Part shown: piece by piece, positions 58,872-64,000 of the stretch
Numbering within the stretch: position 1 is the stretch's first letter
Layout: each line of letters opens with the position of its first letter
Assembly (NCBI GenBank): GCA_041487875.1
Contig: JBGPOE010000006.1
Span: 11,913 to 75,912, forward strand
Source: Gemmatimonadota bacterium
Lineage (GTDB): Bacteria; Gemmatimonadota; Gemmatimonadetes; Gemmatimonadales; GWC2-71-9
Length of the DNA: 64,000 nucleotides
Reading direction: 5' to 3'
Program-made: the position numbers and the translations under genes
The notes under the pieces: model-generated
Databases searched by the model: none
What the model was told of the DNA's origin: nothing
What the model saw: the letters and a program-made list of their open reading frames with translations, nothing else

Positions 58872-60659
58872 TCAGAAGTTGGTGCACTTGTATCCCTTCT
58901 TCACGTTGGGCATCACGGCTTCGTACTTCGCGAGGCCACCGAGTAGCTGATCGACGAGCGGTGGCGCAACGCGGCGTCCCAGCAGCAGCGCCGTCCGCGT
59001 CTTGACGAGCTGATCGTTGATCGGCTTCGCTTCGGCGCACGACTTGTCATGAATCATCTTCTGGAACGGCGGTCCCAAAATCTGAATCGAGGCCAGACCA
59101 TACCAGAAGCTCGCCGGGACGCGGATCTGTTGCCGCGGTCCCAGCGTATCCGCGGGCGTCGCGGGCGTGATGAGCGTGAGCAGCTGATCGAGCCACGGGA
59201 ACGCACGGTCGTAGGCTTGCGCCTGCGACAGCTTCTGTCCGGCGGTCAGCATGATCAACGCGGCCTTGAGGCGGTACGCCGATGTGTCGGGCGCCGCCAG
59301 CGCGGGCCTCAGAAACGTCATCGCCGAGTCGACGTGGTCGGCCAGCTGCGCGCGCAAGCGGGCCTTCGTCGCCGTATCGGCGCTGCGGTACGCGGTCGTG
59401 TCCCAAACCGCGTGGTTGACGATGAACTCCGCGACCAGGAGGCTGGTGGCGAGGTTCGTGGGGTTGAGGGCCAGCGACTGCCGGTATCCCCACAGCGCTG
59501 AGTCGGGCTTGCCGGCCGCCTCGTAGGCGGCGCCGCGCGCGTTCCAGTAGCCCGCATTCTTGGGGAAGCTCTTCGTGGCAAGCGCAGTGAAGAACACTTG
59601 CTCGGCGGCGTCGTTCGCCTTCTGCGCCGCGCCGATGCCCGTGTTCAGGAACGTGCTGTCGCCGGCGCGCATCGTGTCCGTGGCCAGGCTCGCATGCAGC
59701 TCTTCGAGCACGCAGGTCCACTGCTCACCCTCGATGCCCAGCCGCTGGCGCAGCTCGTGCATCGCCGGGTCCTGTGGATTCAGGTCGAGGCCCGCTTTCA
59801 GGAGGTCGCAGGCGTCGGCGTACTTCTTGAGCGGGGCCAGCTGAATCGCGATGGCCACGCGCAGCCGGGCGTTGCGCGGCTCACCGGTCAGCTCGTGGAT
59901 GAACGCGTCGATCGCGCCGAGTGTGTCGCCCTTCTGCTGGTAGATGCGCGCGATCGACTCCCACGCCTGCCCGTTGAGCGAGTCGCCCTTCAACGCGCGG
60001 CGATATTCGGCGAGCATGCTGTCGAGCGGCATGCGTTGCGCCTCGTACACCACGGCGATGCACAGATGGGCGGCCGGCAGGTTGGGCTCGATGAGGATCG
60101 CCTTGTGGGCCGCGTCGAGCGCCGCGGGCAAGGCGCCGCGCTGGCGCTTGTCGTTGCAATCGCGCGCCGATTCGGCCGCCCGAATGATGCTGTTGAGTCG
60201 CTGCGCCAGCGTGTCGCCCACGGCTTGCGGCGTGCCCGAGGCCGAGACCTGGATCAGCGCCGCCATGCCGGAGCCGCCGTTCTCGTGCACCCGTACCGTG
60301 GCGTTGACCCTGGCGCCGCTGCGCTGCAGGGAGCCCGTGTTGTAGGCGTTCACCTGGAGGAAGCGCGCGAGCTGGCTCGCCTCGCCGTCCTGCATCAGCA
60401 CGTCGCACGGATACCCCGACGCCGTCAGCGCTTCGCACAGTTTCGACTTGGGAACGACGAGCACCTTGTAATGCGCGAGGGAGGTGAGACGATCGCGGGC
60501 CGCATCCATCACCTGGATGCTCGTGAGCGAGTCCGCCGCCGCGCGGACCGTCAGCGGCAGCAGCAGCAACTTCTGGCTCGGCGCGGTGACGGCGAGCTGC
60601 GCTGGCGCGGTCGCCGCCCCGGCGACCACCAGCAGGGCCACGAGTCGAGACACACTCAC
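58872..60659 (-). CDS. Secreted tetratricopeptide-repeat (TPR) protein (hypothetical)
   Basis: ORF 58872..60659, 595 aa. Signal peptide MSVSRLVALLVVAGAATAPAQ and several TPR-like units (AIDAFIHELTGEPRNARL, WNARGAAYEAAGKPDSALWGYRQSLALNP). GGAGG (60670-60674) lies 10 nt upstream of the GTG start. Visibly less GC-rich than its neighbours. Confidence 0.8.
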   Translation of the reverse strand: MSVSRLVALLVVAGAATAPAQLAVTAPSQKLLLLPLTVRAAADSLTSIQVMDAARDRLTSLAHYKVLVVPKSKLCEALTASGYPCDVLMQDGEASQLARFLQVNAYNTGSLQRSGARVNATVRVHENGGSGMAALIQVSASGTPQAVGDTLAQRLNSIIRAAESARDCNDKRQRGALPAALDAAHKAILIEPNLPAAHLCIAVVYEAQRMPLDSMLAEYRRALKGDSLNGQAWESIARIYQQKGDTLGAIDAFIHELTGEPRNARLRVAIAIQLAPLKKYADACDLLKAGLDLNPQDPAMHELRQRLGIEGEQWTCVLEELHASLATDTMRAGDSTFLNTGIGAAQKANDAAEQVFFTALATKSFPKNAGYWNARGAAYEAAGKPDSALWGYRQSLALNPTNLATSLLVAEFIVNHAVWDTTAYRSADTATKARLRAQLADHVDSAMTFLRPALAAPDTSAYRLKAALIMLTAGQKLSQAQAYDRAFPWLDQLLTLITPATPADTLGPRQQIRVPASFWYGLASIQILGPPFQKMIHDKSCAEAKPINDQLVKTRTALLLGRRVAPPLVDQLLGGLAKYEAVMPNVKKGYKCTNF

Positions 60660-60694
60660 GCGAATTCCACCTCCGTTACGGATTGATACCCCAA

Positions 60695-60768
60695 TGGGCG
60701 AAGAGGGATTCGAACCCCCGACTTCCTGCGTGTAAGGCAGGCGCTCTGAACCGCTGAGCTATTCGCCC
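60695..60768 (-). tRNA. tRNA-Val (anticodon UAC)
   Basis: Minus strand GGGCGAATAGCTCAGCGGTTCAGAGCGCCTGCCTTACACGCAGGAAGTCGGGGGTTCGAATCCCTCTTCGCCCA. Cloverleaf by hand, anticodon loop CUUACAC. CCA is not encoded. Confidence 0.92.
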
Positions 60769-60783
60769 ATGTTGCACGTGCCG

Positions 60784-60969
60784 CTAAAGGGCGATGCCGG
60801 TCGGGAAGAAAACGCAGTAGCCCAATACCAGCAGGATCGGTGCCGCTGTCGTCGACCCGCGCGACAACAGCCAGTACCCTACGACGAGGCACACGACTGC
60901 GGCCCCGAGCAACGCGTAGTTCCTGGAGCCGAAGCGCAAGCGCGAACGCGCGAATGTCTGGTCGGGCAT
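60784..60969 (-). CDS. Small two-helix membrane protein (hypothetical)
   Basis: ORF 60784..60969, 61 aa. Two hydrophobic helices (YALLGAAVVCLVVGYWLL and AAPILLVLGYCVFFPTGIAL). A promoter-like element lies directly upstream. Its stop is 15 nt before tRNA-Val. Confidence 0.55.
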   Translation of the reverse strand: MPDQTFARSRLRFGSRNYALLGAAVVCLVVGYWLLSRGSTTAAPILLVLGYCVFFPTGIAL

Positions 60970-60978
60970 AGGCGCAGG

Positions 60979-61007
60979 AGTCTATTCCGCAATTCCAAGC
61001 TCGTCAA
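60979..61007 (-). promoter_or_regulatory. Sigma-70-like promoter TTGACG-17-TAGACT, 9 nt upstream of the small membrane protein ATG (leaderless-type)
   Basis: Minus strand reads GTGCTTGACGAGCTTGGAATTGCGGAATAGACTCCTGCGCCTATG. No Shine-Dalgarno. Confidence 0.55.
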
Positions 61008-61021
61008 GCACTTGGCGCCGG

Positions 61022-61888
61022 TCACGCACGCGGCGGCTCGCCCCCGTGGGCCACCAGATCGAGTGTCTCGTGACACTTCTTGCCCCAGGGATTGAACTTG
61101 TTGGCCTTGAACCCCTCGTCCCATGTCCGCTTGGCCGTGTCTTGATCTCCGGCGAACCAGTGCGCGCGTCCCAGCTCGTAGTAGGCCTCGATCAGATTCG
61201 GCCCGAGCTTCAGGGTCTTCTGAAAGAAGGTCTGCGCGTCCTCGAACATCTCGCGCTGCAGGTAAACGAGGCCGAGGTAGAAATGGGCGTACAGCGAGGC
61301 CTTCTTGTCGTTGTCCAGACGGATGGCCTTGGAGAGGTGCTCGATCGCCTCGCCGAAAATCCGCTTCTTGAGACAGATGTAGCCGACGTTGATGCGGGCG
61401 AGGGAGTTCGCGGGCTCCTTCATCAGGACCTTCTGGAAGGTCTGGAGCGCGTCGTCGTAGTCCTCGTGCAACATCTGAGCCCAGCCGAGCAACGATTCCG
61501 CCTGGGTCTCTCCGGGTGAGAGCTGCAGCGCCTTCTGCAGGGCCTGGATGGCGCCGGCGTGATCGCCCAGCGAGATCAGGCTCCAGCCCTTCTCGATGTA
61601 GGTGGACGCGCCGATGTGATCGGCGTGAACCGCGGGGCGCGAGCCCGTGAACTCGGGGGCCGATGCCTCCTGTGTCGACGCAGCGATCTGCTTGTACTTC
61701 TCGACGAGCTGGCGAATGTCTTCCTTGAGGGCGCCCAACTCCCCGATGAGGCCATCCACCTGCTTGAAGAACGTGATGATCTCGCGCTTGACGGCCTCGC
61801 GCTCGGCGCCTGCGGCGCCGACGTGGTCGAGCTTGCGGGCGATGGCCTCGAACTGCGCGCGCAGCGCCGCGACCGGGGAGTCCGTCAT
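61022..61888 (-). CDS. Coiled-coil plus TPR protein, translationally coupled to cheW
   Basis: ORF 61022..61888, 288 aa. N-terminal heptad-like segment (REIITFFKQVDGLIGELGALKEDIRQLVEKYKQ), then TPR units (GDHAGAIQALQKALQLSP, YDDALQTFQKVLMKEP, FGEAIEHLSKAIRLD, FEDAQTFFQKTLKLGP). The ATG overlaps the cheW stop (ATGA). Confidence 0.8.
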   Translation of the reverse strand: MTDSPVAALRAQFEAIARKLDHVGAAGAEREAVKREIITFFKQVDGLIGELGALKEDIRQLVEKYKQIAASTQEASAPEFTGSRPAVHADHIGASTYIEKGWSLISLGDHAGAIQALQKALQLSPGETQAESLLGWAQMLHEDYDDALQTFQKVLMKEPANSLARINVGYICLKKRIFGEAIEHLSKAIRLDNDKKASLYAHFYLGLVYLQREMFEDAQTFFQKTLKLGPNLIEAYYELGRAHWFAGDQDTAKRTWDEGFKANKFNPWGKKCHETLDLVAHGGEPPRA

Positions 61889-62382
61889 CGCGCCTTCGCT
61901 TTCTCCTTGCCCGCCGCGGCGCCCTGCAGCGCCGTGTCGAGCGCGAGCTTTTCCTTGGACGTCAGCAGCCGGCCCGTGTTCAGCACGATCAGCGTGCGTT
62001 TGTCACGCACCACCAGCCCGGTGATATACTCGGCGGCGAGGCCTTTGACGATGGGCGGCGGGGCCGCTACGTCGGTCGCCGCGATCTGCACGACTTCGGT
62101 CACCTGATCCACCACCGCGCCGATCTTCGCGCCGTCGTGCTCCAGCACGACGATGCGGGTGTCGTCCTTCAGCGGCGCGGGGCAGCTCAACCGCTTGCGG
62201 AGGTCCACGACCGGGATCGCGGCGCCCTGGTATTCGAGCACGCCCTCCAGAAAATCCGGCGCCTTGGGCAGGGGCGACGGCGCTTCGTAGCGGAGGATGC
62301 GCTCCACCTGGAAGATGTTGAACGCGAAATCCTGGCCGCCCACGCGGAAAGCGACGAGTTGAACGTCTTCACCGACGGTCAT
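61885..62382 (-). CDS. cheW: Chemotaxis coupling protein CheW
   Basis: 165-aa part of ORF 61885..62460 starting [30 protein letters not shown], with GVLEYQGAAIPVVDLR. The ATG overlaps the upstream stop (ATGA). Confidence 0.9.
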   Translation of the reverse strand: MTVGEDVQLVAFRVGGQDFAFNIFQVERILRYEAPSPLPKAPDFLEGVLEYQGAAIPVVDLRKRLSCPAPLKDDTRIVVLEHDGAKIGAVVDQVTEVVQIAATDVAAPPPIVKGLAAEYITGLVVRDKRTLIVLNTGRLLTSKEKLALDTALQGAAAGKEKAKAR

Positions 62383-62789
62383 CCGATGCGGTCCCCCAGC
62401 GCGTCCAAGTCGAGGATGGGAATCAGCCCGCTCTCGCGCCGCGCCACGGCGGTGGCCCACGGCAGGCGCTCACCGCTGGGCACCGGCAGCGCCGCCTCGC
62501 GCACCACCTCGTCGGCGTCGTCGACTTCGAACGCCACCACGCGACCTCCCAGCTCCACCAGCACCGCGGTGCGCCCCTTCTCGGGCGGCGCGGCACGCTC
62601 GCCCAGCAACGCGCCGAGATGGATCAAGGGCACGAGCCGGCCGCGCAACGGCGTCAGGCCGCGCACGGCGGCCAGGGAGCGCGGCACGTCCATCACATCG
62701 CCCAGATCGCCCACCTCCAGCACCCCCGCCAGCGGCAGGCCGTACGCTTTGCCGTCGACATGCACCAGCAGATACCCGGCCCGGCTCAC
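62379..62789 (-). CDS. CheW-like domain protein (second paralogue)
   Basis: ORF 62379..62789, 136 aa: [20 protein letters not shown]...[20 protein letters not shown] overlaps the cheB stop (GTGA). Confidence 0.8.
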   Translation of the reverse strand: MSRAGYLLVHVDGKAYGLPLAGVLEVGDLGDVMDVPRSLAAVRGLTPLRGRLVPLIHLGALLGERAAPPEKGRTAVLVELGGRVVAFEVDDADEVVREAALPVPSGERLPWATAVARRESGLIPILDLDALGDRIG

Positions 62790-63871
62790 GGGCGCCCCGC
62801 CCCGCGACGCACCAGCTCCAGGGTCACGCGCTCGGCAATCTGGTCGAGTGGCAGCACCGCGTCTACTCCCCCGGCCTGCACCGCTGCGCCCGGCATGCCG
62901 GCGACGACGGCCGTTTCCTTGTTCTGGGCGAGGCCGCCGCCGCCCGCGTCGTGGATCGCGCGCAGCCCGTCGGCCCCGTCGCGCCCCATGCCCGTCAGCA
63001 CCACGCCGATGCTCCTCGGACCGAACACCTGCGCCACCGAACGAAACAAGGGATCGGCGGCCGGACGCACGCCCCAGAGCGGCGGCTCCTGGTTGAGCCG
63101 GATGACGGGACCGTCGGTGGTGGCCACTACCCGCATATGATAATCGCCGGGGGCCACATACGCCGTGTCGGCGACGACGGGCGCCCCGTCGTCCGCCTCC
63201 ACCACGCGCAGTGGGCTCATCGAATCGAGCCGCTCCGCGAGACTGCGGGTGAACTTCGCGGGCATGTGCTGCACGATAAGCACGGCGGCGCCGCGCCCGG
63301 TGGGCAGCTTCGGCACGACCTCGGCCAGCGCGCGCGGGCCGCCGGTCGAGGCGGCCACGGCCACGGCGATCTGGGCGCGGCGCCGCAGCCCCGAATCCGG
63401 ATGGCGCACCACGACGGGCGGGCGCGCCATGACGCGAATGTGCGTCACGTCGGCCGCCAGCGCGCGTCGCACGGCTTCGATCAGCCGCGGCCCGAGCTGC
63501 GCCAGCGCCGCGCGGCTGGGGTCGTCGGGCTTCGCCACGATCTCCACGGCGCCCAGCTCGAGCGCGCGGATGGCGGCGGCGGTGCCCGGGCCGGCGTGGG
63601 CGCTGACCACAACGATGGGCCGCGGCGTCTCTGACATGATGTACCCGATGGCGCCGAGCCCATCGAGCTCCGGCATCTCCAGGTCCATCGTGACGACGTC
63701 GGGCTGGTACTGATGGATCTTGCGCACCGCGTCGAAGCCGTCGCGCGCGGTGGCGACGACGCGGAACGGGCCACCGCCCCCTTCGCCGCCGCTCAGCAGA
63801 TCGACCAGCACGCGCCGCATCAACGCGCTGTCGTCCGCCACCAGGACGGAGGGCTTGGTCTCAGATGACAT
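62786..63871 (-). CDS. cheB: Chemotaxis response regulator protein-glutamate methylesterase
   Basis: 361-aa part of ORF 62786..63946 starting [20 protein letters not shown] (receiver domain, DLEMPELDG), followed by a methylesterase domain ([17 protein letters not shown]). Confidence 0.93.
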   Translation of the reverse strand: MSSETKPSVLVADDSALMRRVLVDLLSGGEGGGGPFRVVATARDGFDAVRKIHQYQPDVVTMDLEMPELDGLGAIGYIMSETPRPIVVVSAHAGPGTAAAIRALELGAVEIVAKPDDPSRAALAQLGPRLIEAVRRALAADVTHIRVMARPPVVVRHPDSGLRRRAQIAVAVAASTGGPRALAEVVPKLPTGRGAAVLIVQHMPAKFTRSLAERLDSMSPLRVVEADDGAPVVADTAYVAPGDYHMRVVATTDGPVIRLNQEPPLWGVRPAADPLFRSVAQVFGPRSIGVVLTGMGRDGADGLRAIHDAGGGGLAQNKETAVVAGMPGAAVQAGGVDAVLPLDQIAERVTLELVRRGAGRP

Positions 63872-64000
63872 ATTCGTCCTGGCCCACCGAGCGGATGGTG
63901 ATGCGTCCGTCCGCCACCGCGAAGCGCACCGAGCGGCCCGCCGCACCGCCCACCGCCTCCGCCACGAGCGGCAGGCCGGCGGCGCGCAGCGCGTTGCGCG
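63861..64000 (-). CDS. cheD: Chemoreceptor glutamine deamidase CheD (C-terminal fragment; gene continues beyond the window)
   Basis: My own translation of the minus strand gives ...[45 protein letters not shown], which resembles the CheD C-terminus. Its stop at 63861-63863 overlaps the cheB start by 11 nt. Confidence 0.65.
   Translation of the reverse strand, partial: RNALRAAGLPLVAEAVGGAAGRSVRFAVADGRITIRSVGQDEYVI

Noticed and set aside
58748-60768. tRNA-flanked TPR gene considered as an integrated mobile element or genomic island.
   Set aside because: I saw no integrase, transposase, phage genes or direct repeat of a tRNA 3' end, and the segment is a single gene. I kept it only as a possible ancient insertion or co-transcript in the findings.

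Overview
Very GC-rich bacterial chromosomal segment (about 70% GC by eye, not computed). The gene content points to a free-living Gram-negative lineage, possibly Gemmatimonadota (low-confidence inference). Supporting signs are diderm outer-membrane proteins, a dcw cluster without mraZ/murB/ddl, and a mannose-type PTS with HPr kinase. I call 66 protein-coding genes (one partial) and 2 tRNAs; 63 CDS lie on the minus strand. Read along the minus strand, the blocks are: (1) cheD-cheB-cheW-cheW-TPR; (2) small membrane protein, tRNA-Val, secreted TPR protein, tRNA-Asp; (3) dcw cluster rsmH to ftsZ, followed by an M23 peptidase, hisA-like gene, vWA membrane protein, ftsY and recG; (4) asnS and an ABM protein; (5) alr-deoB-cdd, an OMP/lipoprotein pair, mtaB-miaB-comFB-comEC, fbp, and a split MCM with Fe-S protein and thioesterase; (6) fmdB-argS-pfkB-purM, an OMP, ribD-ribE-ribBA-ribH-nusB, a GT4 glycosyltransferase, hpf-hprK, PTS IIA/IIB/IIC/IID(Man), ptsH-ptsI, metK-ahcY, a BFN nuclease and a membrane protein. 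Packing is extreme. About half of the same-strand junctions are 4-nt GTGA/ATGA or 1-nt TGATG stop/start overlaps, and intergenic gaps are mostly under 35 nt. I found no rRNA, CRISPR, transposase, integrase, prophage, or recognisable defence or toxin-antitoxin module. I also cannot point to a convincing new multi-gene system. The least-explained signals are at sequence level. First, several families of heptanucleotide (period-7) tandem repeats form hairpins at the 3' ends of the long gene arrays, and near-identical copies sit in-frame inside unrelated genes (comEC, mazG, a vWA protein). Second, promoter-like TTGAC-17-TAnnnT elements recur 6-12 nt upstream of ATG codons with no Shine-Dalgarno, implying leaderless mRNAs. 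One near-consensus example, for asnS, lies inside a divergent gene that overlaps it head-to-head. Third, a protein gene is sandwiched between two tRNA genes just upstream of the dcw cluster. All coordinates and counts were derived by hand from the sequence and the ORF track.
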